Source of the DNA: Rhodothermales bacterium
GTDB taxonomy: Bacteria; Bacteroidota; Rhodothermia; Rhodothermales; JANQRZ01
Assembly: GCA_965215145.1 (NCBI GenBank)
Contig: OZ244038.1
Location: 90,257-154,256 of the forward strand
Direction: 5' to 3'
Length of the DNA stretch: 64,000 nucleotides
Shown here in pieces: positions 17,951 through 27,998 of the stretch. The notes under the pieces were generated by a model. The model made no database searches. It had not been told where the DNA came from and was given only the letters and a program-made list of their open reading frames with translations. A program made the position numbers and the translations under genes. Each line of letters begins with the position of its first letter. Position 1 is the stretch's first letter.

Positions 17951-18940
17951 GTGCGCCCGACCTTCACCCGCCTGGCTCCGCTCCGCGAGCACGTCGGCCG
18001 CGCGCTCGAAACGCGGGGGGGGCAGCGCGCGACGAAGGCGCTCCGGTGGCTCCTGCTCGGCGGCGTCCTCGCGTTCCTCCTCCACCAGCTCGCCGAGGTC
18101 GGCTGGCGGGAGCTGTGGGCGGGGCTACCGCGGACGCCGTGGTTCTACGTGCTCTCGCTGGCGATGTACCTCGTCCTGCCGCTGACGGAGGCCCTCATCT
18201 ACGGGCGGCTGTGGGGCGTGCCGCGCCGCACCCTCGTCGGGCCGAGCCTGCGCAAGCGGGTGCTCAACGCCGACGTCGTCGGGTACTCCGGCGACGTGTA
18301 CCTCTTCGTGTGGGCGAAGCACCGGCTCGGGCTCCCGGACCGGCCGGTGTGGCAGGCGCTGAAGGACAACGCCATCACGTCCTCCGCCGCGTCGCTCTCC
18401 TCGGCGGGGCTGCTGCTCGGCCTGCTCGTCCTCTCCGGCCAAGTGGCCTTTCTCGACCTTCTCGGCGACTGGGACGCGGGGTGGGTCGTGGGCGGCGTCG
18501 CCGTGGCCGCCGCGGCGTTGGGGGTCGTGTTCCGGCAGCGCCTCTTCTCGCTCCCGATGCCGACGGTGGCGGGGCTCCTCGGCGTCCACCTCGCGCGGTT
18601 CACGGTGGTCTACGTGCTCCAGATCCTCCAGTGGTGGGTCGTGCTGCCGGACGCGCCGTTCTCGGTGTGGGCGACGATGCTGGCGGTGATCGTCGTCGCC
18701 AACCGGCTCCCGCTCGTGCCCGCGCGCGACCTCGTCGGGATCGGCGCGGTGCTCGGGATGGCGGACGTGCTGGCGGCCTCGGAGGCGGCCCTCGCGGGGA
18801 TGCTCCTCGCCCGGAGCGCCTTCGACCGGCTGCTCAACGCGGGGCTGTTCGCGGGGACCTCGCTGTGGGAGCGCCGCTCGCCCCCGCTCCCCGTGGCGCC
18901 GCCGGAGGAGATGGCACCGCCGATAGAAGAGGCGGCCTGA
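17951..18940 (+). CDS. flippase-like / lysyl-phosphatidylglycerol-synthase TM-region family membrane protein (tentative)
   Basis: About 8 TM helices. The N-terminal LRWLLLGGVLAFLLHQLAEVGWRELWAGL and the following pattern resemble UPF0104-type proteins. Start uncertain (track GTG/ATG 17873, in-frame GTG 17951). Confidence 0.45.
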   Translation: MRPTFTRLAPLREHVGRALETRGGQRATKALRWLLLGGVLAFLLHQLAEVGWRELWAGLPRTPWFYVLSLAMYLVLPLTEALIYGRLWGVPRRTLVGPSLRKRVLNADVVGYSGDVYLFVWAKHRLGLPDRPVWQALKDNAITSSAASLSSAGLLLGLLVLSGQVAFLDLLGDWDAGWVVGGVAVAAAALGVVFRQRLFSLPMPTVAGLLGVHLARFTVVYVLQILQWWVVLPDAPFSVWATMLAVIVVANRLPLVPARDLVGIGAVLGMADVLAASEAALAGMLLARSAFDRLLNAGLFAGTSLWERRSPPLPVAPPEEMAPPIEEAA

Positions 18941-18961
18941 CGCCGTCCGTCCCCCCGAAGG

Positions 18962-20047
18962 TCAGTCGACCACGAGGAAATCGTAGACGAACGCGCGGCG
19001 GCGGTTGGTCTCGCCGCGCCCGCGGAAGCCGAACACCTCGCCGCCGATGTAGCGCCGCGCCAGCGACTTCCGCAGCCCGCCGAGCTCTTCGAGCGCCGAG
19101 AACTGCATCCGGTCGGCCTCCCGGTTGAGGATCGTGGGGTCGTCGCTCCCCTCGAACCGGACGGCGACCTGCCGGGGCACCGCGACGCCGAGCGCACGCC
19201 GGGTCGAGACGACCTCGATGCTGCTCGGCCGGACGAGCCGGAAGCGCCCGCCCTCGCGGCGCAGCCCGAAGCCGAGCGTCCGCTGTTCGAAGCCGCCGCG
19301 CGGCGAGATCAGCAGGGCCACCTCGGGCTCGTCGCCGTGGTGGACGTACCGGAAGGCGTGGCTGATCAGCTTCGGCGCGAACTCCGTCTGGTACGTGTGG
19401 TCCATGTAGGCCGTGCCGCGAACCCGCTTCTCCTCCCCGTTGATGGTGATGGTGCCGGCCACGCGGGCGTAGGGGATGTGGATAAACAGCCCCATCTCGT
19501 GGTCGCCGAGGCGGAACACCCCGTCGCCCCACGTCATGCCCTCGGCGATGTCGGTGAGCTCGAGGTCCACGACGTACTCGGCGCCGTCCTTGCTCCGGGC
19601 GAAGTAGACGCGGTGCCGGCCGGGCAGCGCGCCCTCGGCGTAGACCTCCGGGTGGATCTGCAGCCGCGCGGGGGTCGAGACGAGGTTCTCGGCCGGGTAC
19701 TGCTTGGCGATCCGGTACGCCTCCCCCCCGAAGTCCGTGACGGCGAACTCGGCGCCGACGGCGGGCGCCATGAAGCTGCCGAAGTTGGCGCGCCGGAGGC
19801 TGAGGAACGCCTCGGTGCCGTCGTCGAAGAGGAAGGTGTAGGACCACGCCTCGTTGAAGGCGCTGCCCCGCGCCCGCTGCGCGCGGAAGTCGGCGGCCGT
19901 GGTGGCGCGGGCCTCGCCCGAGGGGAGCTCGACCGGCTCGTCCCGCGGCGCTAGCGGCCCCGAGCTGTCCAGCGCGCTGGACGGCGCCGCCAGCAGCAGC
20001 GGCAGCAGACCGAGTGCGAGCTTCGTGGTTTTCGGACGTTGCGGCAT
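18962..20047 (-). CDS. secreted hypothetical protein (possibly AttH/CrtC-type lipocalin fold)
   Basis: 361 aa with signal peptide KLALGLLPLLLAAPSSA. GTAYMDHTYQ resembles the G-x-A-W-x-DHEW string of AttH-like proteins. It lies 66 nt downstream of the MMPL gene on the same strand. Confidence 0.5.
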   Translation of the reverse strand: MPQRPKTTKLALGLLPLLLAAPSSALDSSGPLAPRDEPVELPSGEARATTAADFRAQRARGSAFNEAWSYTFLFDDGTEAFLSLRRANFGSFMAPAVGAEFAVTDFGGEAYRIAKQYPAENLVSTPARLQIHPEVYAEGALPGRHRVYFARSKDGAEYVVDLELTDIAEGMTWGDGVFRLGDHEMGLFIHIPYARVAGTITINGEEKRVRGTAYMDHTYQTEFAPKLISHAFRYVHHGDEPEVALLISPRGGFEQRTLGFGLRREGGRFRLVRPSSIEVVSTRRALGVAVPRQVAVRFEGSDDPTILNREADRMQFSALEELGGLRKSLARRYIGGEVFGFRGRGETNRRRAFVYDFLVVD

Positions 20048-20113
20048 GGGGCCAGGCAGGAAGACAACCGAAGGGAGTAGGTCTGGGTTACAAATCTCAC
20101 ACCGTCACGGCCG

Positions 20114-22606
20114 TCACGGCGCTTCGGCCGCGGCGGGCGTCCGGTCTTCGAGCCATTGGAGCAGCGCGGGCAGGAAGACGAGCGCCGCCAGCAGCGTGGC
20201 GCCGATGCCGATCAGCGCGAGCACGCCCATCGAGCGGAGGCCGGGGTGGAAGGAGAAGAGCAGGCCGCTGAACCCGATCATCGTGGTGAGCGCGCCGACG
20301 GTGACGTGCTCGCCCGTCGAGCGCAGCACGCGGAGGACGGAGCCGGGGCCCTCCTCGCGGTAGCGGTGGACGAGGTGGACCCCGCAGTCGTTGCCGATGC
20401 CGAGCACGGCCGGGAGCACGACGAGGTTGTAGAACGTGAGGCTCACCCCCGTCAGTACCATCAGCCCGAGCATCCACAGCACCCCGACGACGAGCGGGAG
20501 CAGCGCCAGCAGCGCCCACCGCACCGAGCGGAAGAAGAGCAGCATCAGCGCCGCGATGAGCGCGAACGTGAGGCCCACCATCAGCGGGCTCTCGGCCAGC
20601 ATCAGCCGCAGCATGTCCGCCGCCACGAGCGAGGTCGAGCCGGCGTAGTAGACCCGCCCGTCCGCCGTCGTGACCGTGCCGACCCGGTCGCTGAAGGCCA
20701 TCGAGAGGCGGCCGTCGGAGAGGCCCACGGCCGGGTAGATCGTGACGAACGTGCCGACCTCGCCGGACTTCGCCGTGAACGGCCGCTTCAGCTCCTCCGG
20801 CACCTCGGCCAGCGCGATGGGGGCCGTGGTGCTCGCGGCGCGGCGGAGGCGGGCGATCTGGCCGGTGGTGTCGGCGCTGAGGAAGGGGTCCGCGGTGAGC
20901 GCGCGGACCTCGGCGATCCGCGCCAGCTTGGCCTCCGCCGCCTCCGGCGTCAGCGGGAACCGGTCCTGCACGCTCTCGACGGACTGGATGAGGGTGTCCT
21001 CGGCCGCCAGCGCCCGCACCGCGGCGACCACCGACTCGGCCTCCTCCGGGCTGCTCACGACGACGTAAGCCGGGTTGCGGCCGGCCCGCCGCCCGAAGGC
21101 CGGGTCGATCTGGCGCTGCTTCGAGCGGTAGGCTTCCAAGGGCGGCTCGAGCCGGTCGAAGTCGTACTCGAACCGCTCCTGCGGGAGCGCGAGCAGCGAG
21201 AGGCCGACGAGGACGAGGCTCGCCGCGACGACGGCGCGAGCAGCGGGGAACGGGCGGCGCCCCGCGGCGGGGGCCTCCGCCACGGCCGCCGCTTCGAGCC
21301 GCAGCAGCCCGAGCCGCTCGGCGAGCACGAGCAGCGCCGGCAGCACCGTCAGCATCGCCACGACGGCGAAGAGGATCCCCGTCCCGCCGACGAGGCCGAA
21401 CTCGCTGAACCCGCGGAAGTCCGCGGCCGTCAGCGCGAACAGCGCGACGGCCGTGGTCGTCGCGCTCACGGCGACGGCCTGCCCCGTCGAGGCGAAGGCC
21501 GTCTCGGTGGCGCCGGGCACGTCGCGGCCCCGACCGCGCTCCTCGACGTAGCGGGCGTAGTAGTGGATGCCGTAGTCGATCCCCAGCCCGAACAGCACCA
21601 GCGCCAGCGTGCTCGTCATCAGGTTCAGGCTGCCGATGGCGAGCTCGGCGAGCCCGAACGTCCACGCCAGGCTCATCAGCAGCGGCAGCCCGATCAGCAG
21701 CGCGGTGAGCGGTAACCGGGCCACCGCCCGGAGGAGGCTCGCGCCGGAGGCGCCGTTGACCTGGAGCGTCTTGTACAGGAAGTAGAGCACCACGAACAGC
21801 AGCACCGCCGTGACCCCGGCCCCGAAGCTGTCCCGGACGTCGTCCGTCACTGACTCGATCTCGACGAGTTGGCGGAGCAGCCGCCCCCCCGCCGTCACCT
21901 CCATCTCCGGGTGGAACCCCGCCGGCTGCATCCCCGCCACGAGCGAGTCCACGCGGCGGTAGGTGGCGCGGACGAACCCCACGTCGGTCTGGGCCCCGGC
22001 CGGGAGGAACCGCAAGGCCAGCACGGTCGAGTCCTCGGAGACGGAGTACTCCGACGGCTGAAGCTCCTCCAGCGACGCCGCGAGGTCGTCGTCCGCCGGC
22101 TCCTCCTCGTCCTCCAGCCCGAGGTCGTCGTCGAGGTCGAGGAAGAACGGGTTGGCCGCGAGGCGGGCGTCCTCGATCTCCGCCTCCAGCGCCTCCACCA
22201 CTCCGTCGAGCTCGCGGTCGGTGGCGAAGTAGAGCGCGTTTCGGGCAAGGAAGGTGGTGTCGCGGCGGTAGTCGTAGCGGGTGAAGAGCGGCGCCCCGTC
22301 CGGCGTCCGCAGCGCCATCATCTGCGGGATGAGCGCCTCGGCGAAGGCGCGGTTCGCCTCGAACGACGGGCTCGCGATCCCCACGTCGAGCAGCGTCTCC
22401 GAGCCGACGGTCTCGCGCAGCCGTTCGAGCGCCCGCACGCTGGGGTAGTCCTCCGGGACCAAGTTGGCGAGGTCGGTGTCGATCTCGAGCCGGAGCGCCA
22501 GCGCGAGCCCGGCTGCGGCGAGCGCGAGGGCCACGACGAGCACGGCGACGGGGCGGCGGACGAGCAGCCCGGCGAGCGGGCGGAGGGCGTCGGAGAGGCG
22601 AGACAC
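20114..22606 (-). CDS. MMPL/RND-superfamily exporter (HpnN-like)
   Basis: 830 aa from GTG 22606 (residue 130 of track ORF 20114-22993). Two 6-helix bundles separated by large loops. GIDYGIHYYARYVEE and GIGNDCGVHLVHRYREE are the paired MMPL signature segments. Confidence 0.8.
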   Translation of the reverse strand: MSRLSDALRPLAGLLVRRPVAVLVVALALAAAGLALALRLEIDTDLANLVPEDYPSVRALERLRETVGSETLLDVGIASPSFEANRAFAEALIPQMMALRTPDGAPLFTRYDYRRDTTFLARNALYFATDRELDGVVEALEAEIEDARLAANPFFLDLDDDLGLEDEEEPADDDLAASLEELQPSEYSVSEDSTVLALRFLPAGAQTDVGFVRATYRRVDSLVAGMQPAGFHPEMEVTAGGRLLRQLVEIESVTDDVRDSFGAGVTAVLLFVVLYFLYKTLQVNGASGASLLRAVARLPLTALLIGLPLLMSLAWTFGLAELAIGSLNLMTSTLALVLFGLGIDYGIHYYARYVEERGRGRDVPGATETAFASTGQAVAVSATTTAVALFALTAADFRGFSEFGLVGGTGILFAVVAMLTVLPALLVLAERLGLLRLEAAAVAEAPAAGRRPFPAARAVVAASLVLVGLSLLALPQERFEYDFDRLEPPLEAYRSKQRQIDPAFGRRAGRNPAYVVVSSPEEAESVVAAVRALAAEDTLIQSVESVQDRFPLTPEAAEAKLARIAEVRALTADPFLSADTTGQIARLRRAASTTAPIALAEVPEELKRPFTAKSGEVGTFVTIYPAVGLSDGRLSMAFSDRVGTVTTADGRVYYAGSTSLVAADMLRLMLAESPLMVGLTFALIAALMLLFFRSVRWALLALLPLVVGVLWMLGLMVLTGVSLTFYNLVVLPAVLGIGNDCGVHLVHRYREEGPGSVLRVLRSTGEHVTVGALTTMIGFSGLLFSFHPGLRSMGVLALIGIGATLLAALVFLPALLQWLEDRTPAAAEAP

Positions 22607-22763
22607 CAGGCGGGCGAGGAGGGTGGAGCAGCGTGAGGGCAACGTCGGGCCGGTAACGTACACCGCGCCGTGCAGATTCTGCGGAAGCAGCGGCGGCCCC
22701 GGCCCGGCTGCAACCGGGCCGGGCCGGGAACGGTAACCAGCCCCCTCTCCGCCCCGCCGCCCG

Positions 22764-23225
22764 ATGCCCGACGCCCCCCCGACTCCGACGGCGCCCGCCC
22801 GCCCGCCCGAAACGCCGACCGTCGAGCCCCCCGTCATCCTCTTCGACGGCGTCTGCAACCTCTGCAACGGCGCCGTCAACTTCGTCATCGACCGCGACCC
22901 GGACGCTCGGTTCAAGCTGGCCGCGCTCCAGTCCGAGCCGGGCCGGGCACTCGCCGCGCGCTGCGGCATCGACGCCGACGCGCTGGACTCCATCGTGCTC
23001 GTCGAGCGGGGACGGTGCTACACCCGCTCGGCGGCGGCGCTCCGCATCGCGCGCGGGCTCGGCGGCGCGTGGCCGCTGCTGGCCGCCCTCGAGGCCGTGC
23101 CGGCCCCGCTGCGGGACCGGATCTACGCCTGGGTCGCCGCCAACCGCTACCGGTGGTTCGGCCGGCGGGAGAGCTGCCGCGTTCCGACGCCGGAGCTGCG
23201 GGGGCGCTTCCTGCTCTCGGCCTGA
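22764..23225 (+). CDS. DCC-family thiol-disulfide oxidoreductase (DUF393)
   Basis: 153 aa. ILFDGVCNLCNGAVNFVIDRD ... IYAWVAANRYRWFG. Confidence 0.8.
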   Translation: MPDAPPTPTAPARPPETPTVEPPVILFDGVCNLCNGAVNFVIDRDPDARFKLAALQSEPGRALAARCGIDADALDSIVLVERGRCYTRSAAALRIARGLGGAWPLLAALEAVPAPLRDRIYAWVAANRYRWFGRRESCRVPTPELRGRFLLSA

Positions 23226-23455
23226 GCTGGGGGCAGTCCTGATCAGGGATGCGGCCCGGCCGTTCAGCGCGAGGATCCGTCACGCCAGGGGCTACAAGGG
23301 GGCAGGAGGACGCCCGAGGGCACCACCTTCCGCGAGTATATTCGTAGCCTGCCGAGCGCGCACCCTTTTTAAGGGACCGGTCCTTGTTGCCGGCCCGGCG
23401 AGCCGTGGCAAAGATTGCCGCCCGCCGCCCGCCCTCCACCTGCGCCTCCCCGACC

Positions 23456-24676
23456 ATGCCCTCCGTAGAGAAGCTCAACGCCCCCGCCGTCCGCCCCCGC
23501 CGCGAGGCCCCTTCCGAGAAGAAACCCGGCGCGGTGATCCGCTCGTTCCGGGAGTCGGACTGGGAGGAGCTCACGCGGTTCTACCAGAGCCGCTACCGCC
23601 CCGGCTACATCCTCTCGGGGCGCGCCTTCTTCGACTGGTGCTTCGACTCGCCGTTCCGGCCGGACGAGCGCCACGGGCAGCGCCTCGTGGTCGACGAGGG
23701 CCGCCCCGAGGGCGAGCAGATCGTCGGCAAGATCGGCGTGATGCTGTGGCCGATCCAACTCGGCGGAAAGCGCGTGCTGGCGCAGTGCCCGTTCAACACG
23801 TACCTCGACGAGGACTACCGGAAGGGCCTGCTCGCCTACCGACTCCTGACGGGCGCGCACTTCGACCTGCCGTATACGATGGCCCTCAACGTCAAGCCCG
23901 AGGTGATCCGGATGCTGATGCTGCGGCGGGCCGGCGAGAAGTACTCGTGGCTGATGCGCCGCCCCATCCGGGTCCTCGACGCCGAGGCGTGCGCGGAGAT
24001 CGTCGCGTCGTCCCCGCACATCGAGGGGATGGCCGAGACCGAGCGCGCCGACACGCTGGCGGCCGTCGCCGAGGCCGCCGCTCCGGCGGCGCCCGCGCCC
24101 GAGGGCTCCCGGCTCGAGCGCGTCGAGCGGTTCGGGGAGGAGTGGGACGCGGCCTGGGAGCGCATCCGCACGCGCTATGGCGTCACGGCTTGGCGCGACG
24201 CCGCATTCCTCAACTGGCGCTACGCGGACTACCCCTTCGAGATCTACGAGACCCACGCCCTCCGCAGCGCCGACGGCCGCATCACCGGGTTCGTCGCGCT
24301 GCGCGAAGAGACACCACCCTTCGGGACCGTGCTCCGCATCGTGGACTACGTGGCCGAGGACGGCGCCGACGCCGCGCTGCTCGCCCACGTCGAGGCCGTC
24401 GCCCGCGAGCGCGGCGCCGCCTTCATCGACTACGTCTGCTCTGGGCGCCTCAGCGAGGAGGCCCTCGCCGAGGCCGGCTACCGCGAGTGGGAGCCCGCCG
24501 AGGGCGAGAGCCTCTTCCCGATGGACTTCAACCCCCTCCGCTGGCGCACCCACAAGATCGGCGGCTTCTTCGGCCTCCCGGACATCGACGACGGCGCCGA
24601 CCCGACCAACCAGGAGATGCTAGGCGGCGACTTCTACTTCATCAAGGGCGACGCCGACCTCGACCGCGCCTTTTGA
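23456..24676 (+). CDS. hypothetical protein, possibly tandem GNAT-fold acyltransferase
   Basis: About 406 aa from ATG 23456 (track start 23384). IRSFRESDWEELTRFYQ at the N-terminus and a second similar half (ERFGEEWDAAWERI...). No catalytic motif confidently recognised. Confidence 0.45.
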   Translation: MPSVEKLNAPAVRPRREAPSEKKPGAVIRSFRESDWEELTRFYQSRYRPGYILSGRAFFDWCFDSPFRPDERHGQRLVVDEGRPEGEQIVGKIGVMLWPIQLGGKRVLAQCPFNTYLDEDYRKGLLAYRLLTGAHFDLPYTMALNVKPEVIRMLMLRRAGEKYSWLMRRPIRVLDAEACAEIVASSPHIEGMAETERADTLAAVAEAAAPAAPAPEGSRLERVERFGEEWDAAWERIRTRYGVTAWRDAAFLNWRYADYPFEIYETHALRSADGRITGFVALREETPPFGTVLRIVDYVAEDGADAALLAHVEAVARERGAAFIDYVCSGRLSEEALAEAGYREWEPAEGESLFPMDFNPLRWRTHKIGGFFGLPDIDDGADPTNQEMLGGDFYFIKGDADLDRAF

Positions 24677-24737
24677 CCCCCCTCACCCACCCCCGACGGC
24701 TGAAGCTCCCCCCTCGGGAGCTTCGTCGTATTCCGCC

Positions 24738-25166
24738 ATGATCCATACCTACGACACCATCGAGGTAGGCGATACCCGGACCTACGAACGCCACATCTCC
24801 CAGGAGGACATCCGCCGCTTCTCGGAGATCACGGGCGACGACAACCCCATCCACACCGACCCCGAGTTCGCTGCGAAGACGAAGTACAAGCAGCCCATCG
24901 CACACGGCGCGTTCCTGATCGGCCTCGTCTCGAAGATCCTCGGGCACGACTTCCCCGGCCACGGCGCCATCGCGGTCGCCCTCTCGTCGCGGTTCATCCG
25001 GCCCGTGCCGGTGGACTCCACGCTACGGCTGGAGCTCCAGGTGACGGAGAAGATCGAGAGCCGCGGGCACGTCAAGCTGCGGATCTACATGTACAACGAG
25101 GACAACCGGCTCGTGTGCGGCAACGAGGCCGTGCTCGTCCCCGCCGAGGAGCCCGCCGAGGCGTAG
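24738..25166 (+). CDS. MaoC-like (R)-specific enoyl-CoA hydratase/dehydratase
   Basis: 142 aa. Hot-dog fold signature FSEITGDDNPIHTDPEFA...IAHGAFL. Confidence 0.85.
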   Translation: MIHTYDTIEVGDTRTYERHISQEDIRRFSEITGDDNPIHTDPEFAAKTKYKQPIAHGAFLIGLVSKILGHDFPGHGAIAVALSSRFIRPVPVDSTLRLELQVTEKIESRGHVKLRIYMYNEDNRLVCGNEAVLVPAEEPAEA

Positions 25167-25174
25167 CGCCCGGC

Positions 25175-26668
25175 TCAGTCGGCCGGCAGCTTCATCTCCT
25201 CCCCGGCTGGGATCGTCTGGTTCAGCTCAACGCCGTTCATGATGGCGAGGTCGCCCTCGTCCATCCCGAGCGGCATCGTGCGGCCGTCGAGGAGCCGCTG
25301 GAACGGGGTCGCCCGCTGCACGGTCACCACCTCGAGGCGGACGGGCTGGCGGTTGAGGTAGCGGCCGTCGGTCAGTGGGGCGAAGCTCCGCATCGTCCGC
25401 AGAAACTCGCCGCGGTAGGTGCCGAGGCTGCTGGAGCCGGTGAGCCCCATGAAGCGGTACACGTTGTCGCCCTGCTCGATAAAGTAGGCGACGACGCCGA
25501 GCGCGCCCTGCTGGCTGTTGGCCGTGCCGGAGACGGTGTAGGCCGAGAAGCCGTTCACCGTCGTGCCGCCGCTCTCAGTCGCCTGGAAGCCCTGCTGGCC
25601 GGCGAAGGCGCGGCCGGCGGCTGCCGCCGAGCTCTGGTCCTGGGCGAAGGTGAACTCCATGATGGCGGCGCCGTTGGGCTCGGCGATCTGCACGGCGGCG
25701 GCGCCGTTGAAGAGCCCCCACCGGTCGGGGTAGTCAAACACGAAGCGGAGCTCGGGGTGGTAGAACCGGCCGTCCTCGGCGAAGCCCTGCCGGGGGTCGT
25801 TGCCGAGCACGATCCCGTCGATCTGGCTGAGGAACTGCTCCTCGTTGACGGCGGTGCCGGTGTCGTACTGCGCGGCGAGCTGGGGGATGGTCCGCTCGCG
25901 CTCCTCGGGGTCGGGGTGGGTCGAGAGGAACGAGGGCGGGCCGCCGCCGGCTTCCTGGCTGAGCCGCTCGAGCGAGCGGAAGAACGCCGCCGCCTCCGCG
26001 GCGTCGTAGCCCGCGTACTCGGCGTAGGCCACGCCCGCGAGGTCAGACTCCCGCTCGGCGTCGCGGCCGTACTTCAGGAAGAGGAGCTGGACCCCGGTGC
26101 CGCCGTACTCCAGCACGCCCTGCGCCACGTCCCCCCCGCCGACGACGCCGCCGAGGACCGCCGCGCCTAGGAGGCCGAGCTGGCCGAGCTGCGCCTTCGC
26201 CGCGCTGCGGGACTGGTGCCGCGCCAGCACGTGCCCGATCTCGTGGCCGAGCACGACGGCGAGCTGCGCCTCGTTCTCGAGGTGGCTCAGCAGCCCGCGG
26301 GTGACGTAGGTGTAGCCGCCCGGCAGCGCGAACGCGTTGACCACGTCGGTGTCGAGCACGCGGAAGTAGAACGGCGTGTTGCGGATCTCCGCCGGCGTCG
26401 TCGCCTCGCCGTAGGCGCTCGTCTGGAGGACGGCCTGCCCGATGCGGTCCACGTAGGCCGCCAGCCCGGGGTCGTCCACGAGCCCGAACTGCGCGACGAT
26501 CTGCCCGTCGGCCTCTTGCCCGATCTGGACCTCCTGCGCCCAGGTGTAGGCGCCGCGGGTCGTCTCGCCCGTGACGAGGTTCGTGGTCTGCGTGCCGCAG
26601 CCGGCGAGGGGGCCGAGCAGCAGTAGGACGGCGAGGAGGCGGAGGCGTGCGGACAGGAGCGGGATCAT
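25175..26668 (-). CDS. M48-family zinc metalloprotease, lipoprotein
   Basis: 497 aa. Lipobox LLGPLAGC, zinc motif HEIGHVLARH, downstream ERESD. Confidence 0.85.
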   Translation of the reverse strand: MIPLLSARLRLLAVLLLLGPLAGCGTQTTNLVTGETTRGAYTWAQEVQIGQEADGQIVAQFGLVDDPGLAAYVDRIGQAVLQTSAYGEATTPAEIRNTPFYFRVLDTDVVNAFALPGGYTYVTRGLLSHLENEAQLAVVLGHEIGHVLARHQSRSAAKAQLGQLGLLGAAVLGGVVGGGDVAQGVLEYGGTGVQLLFLKYGRDAERESDLAGVAYAEYAGYDAAEAAAFFRSLERLSQEAGGGPPSFLSTHPDPEERERTIPQLAAQYDTGTAVNEEQFLSQIDGIVLGNDPRQGFAEDGRFYHPELRFVFDYPDRWGLFNGAAAVQIAEPNGAAIMEFTFAQDQSSAAAAGRAFAGQQGFQATESGGTTVNGFSAYTVSGTANSQQGALGVVAYFIEQGDNVYRFMGLTGSSSLGTYRGEFLRTMRSFAPLTDGRYLNRQPVRLEVVTVQRATPFQRLLDGRTMPLGMDEGDLAIMNGVELNQTIPAGEEMKLPAD

Positions 26669-26718
26669 GGCTCAGAGGGGGTGGTGGAGCAGGAGGGGAG
26701 ACGGGGAGCGGGCCGGGG

Positions 26719-27867
26719 TCAGACCGCGTCGGCCCGCTCCGTCACCGCCCCGTTAACGACGCAGACCGCCCGATGCTCCGGCGCGTCGAAGTCCACCACC
26801 CCGTCGAAGGGGTCCCGGCGGGCGGCCGTGAGGAGGCTCTGCCCCACGGCGCCGCTCTGGAGCAGGCGGAGGATGACCTCCGAGCGCGCCGGGTCGAGGA
26901 TGCCGAAGACGTCGTCGAGCAGGAGGATGGGGGTCTCGTCCAGGCGGTCCTGGAGGAAGAAGAACTTCGCCAGCTTCAGCGCGAGCCCGAACGTCCGGTG
27001 CTGCCCCTGCGAGGCGTAGGGCCGGACCTCGAAGCCGTTGAGCCGGAGGACCAGCTCGTCGCGGTGCGGGCCGGCCAGCGTCCGCCCGCGCTCGCGCTCG
27101 CGGCGGCGGAGCCGGTCCAGCGCCTCCCCGAACGCCTCGGCGATGGCGGCCTCGTCAGGCTCGGCGTCGAGCGGGACGGCCGTCTGGTACTCCAGCGCCG
27201 GCTCCTCCCCCACGGCCTCGAGCCGCCGGTACGCCTCGTCGAGGAAGCCCCCGAACGTCTCGACGAACCGGCGGCGGCGGGCGATGATGCGCGCGCCGAG
27301 GCCGACGAGCTCCGCCGTCCAGGCGTCGAGCGCGGCGGGGTCCTGCACGCGGCCTCGGCGCCCGGCCAGCAGGAGCGCGTTCCGCTGCTTCAGCGCGCGG
27401 CGGTAGCGGAGGAGGTCCTGGAGGTAGGCCGGCCGTGACTGGCTGAGCGTGTTGTCGAGGAACCGCCGCCGCTCCTCCGGGCCGCCGGCCGTGAGCGCGA
27501 TGTCCTCCGGCGCCAGCACCACCACCGGCAGTACGCCGACGACGTCGGCCAGCCGCTCCAGCGGCGCCTTGTTGAGGAAGATCCGCTTCCCCTCGTCGGG
27601 GACGTAGACGAGCCGCGCCGCCAGCTCCGGCCGGTGCGCCCCCTCGAACGCCCCCTCGACCTCGAAGAACGGGCAGCCGCGCCGGAGGACGTGGGCGTCG
27701 TGGCTGGTGAGGAAGCTCTTCGAGAGGCAGAGGAGGTGGACGGCCTCCAGCAGGTTCGTCTTGCCCGCGCCGTTGGGGCCGTGGAGCAGGTTGACCTTCG
27801 GCGCGAAGGCCACCTCCGTCTCCGAGTGGGCGCGGAACGAGCGGACGCGGAGCGAGCGGAGGTGCAT
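26719..27867 (-). CDS. recF: DNA replication and repair protein RecF
   Basis: 382 aa from ATG 27867. MHLRSLRVRSFRAH...LLHGPNGAGKTNLLEAV, SQGQHRTFGLALKLA, LLLDDVFGILD. Confidence 0.9.
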   Translation of the reverse strand: MHLRSLRVRSFRAHSETEVAFAPKVNLLHGPNGAGKTNLLEAVHLLCLSKSFLTSHDAHVLRRGCPFFEVEGAFEGAHRPELAARLVYVPDEGKRIFLNKAPLERLADVVGVLPVVVLAPEDIALTAGGPEERRRFLDNTLSQSRPAYLQDLLRYRRALKQRNALLLAGRRGRVQDPAALDAWTAELVGLGARIIARRRRFVETFGGFLDEAYRRLEAVGEEPALEYQTAVPLDAEPDEAAIAEAFGEALDRLRRRERERGRTLAGPHRDELVLRLNGFEVRPYASQGQHRTFGLALKLAKFFFLQDRLDETPILLLDDVFGILDPARSEVILRLLQSGAVGQSLLTAARRDPFDGVVDFDAPEHRAVCVVNGAVTERADAV

Positions 27868-27998
27868 GGGGGCAGATCGCGGGGGGAGCATCCTACCCGC
27901 CCGCTGGAGCCCGGTTCACCCGCCCGTGCTGAGGGCGCTACCCACCTACGGGCCTCCGGCCCTATACTGACCCGTCGCTCCTCGCCGCCTCCGATCCG

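Noticed and set aside
20097-21715. Alternate-frame ORFs (522 aa minus, 519 aa plus) over the MMPL gene
   Set aside because: Both have Arg/Pro/Gly/Asp-rich junk translations. The frame 20114-22606 carries the recognisable paired MMPL transmembrane signatures.
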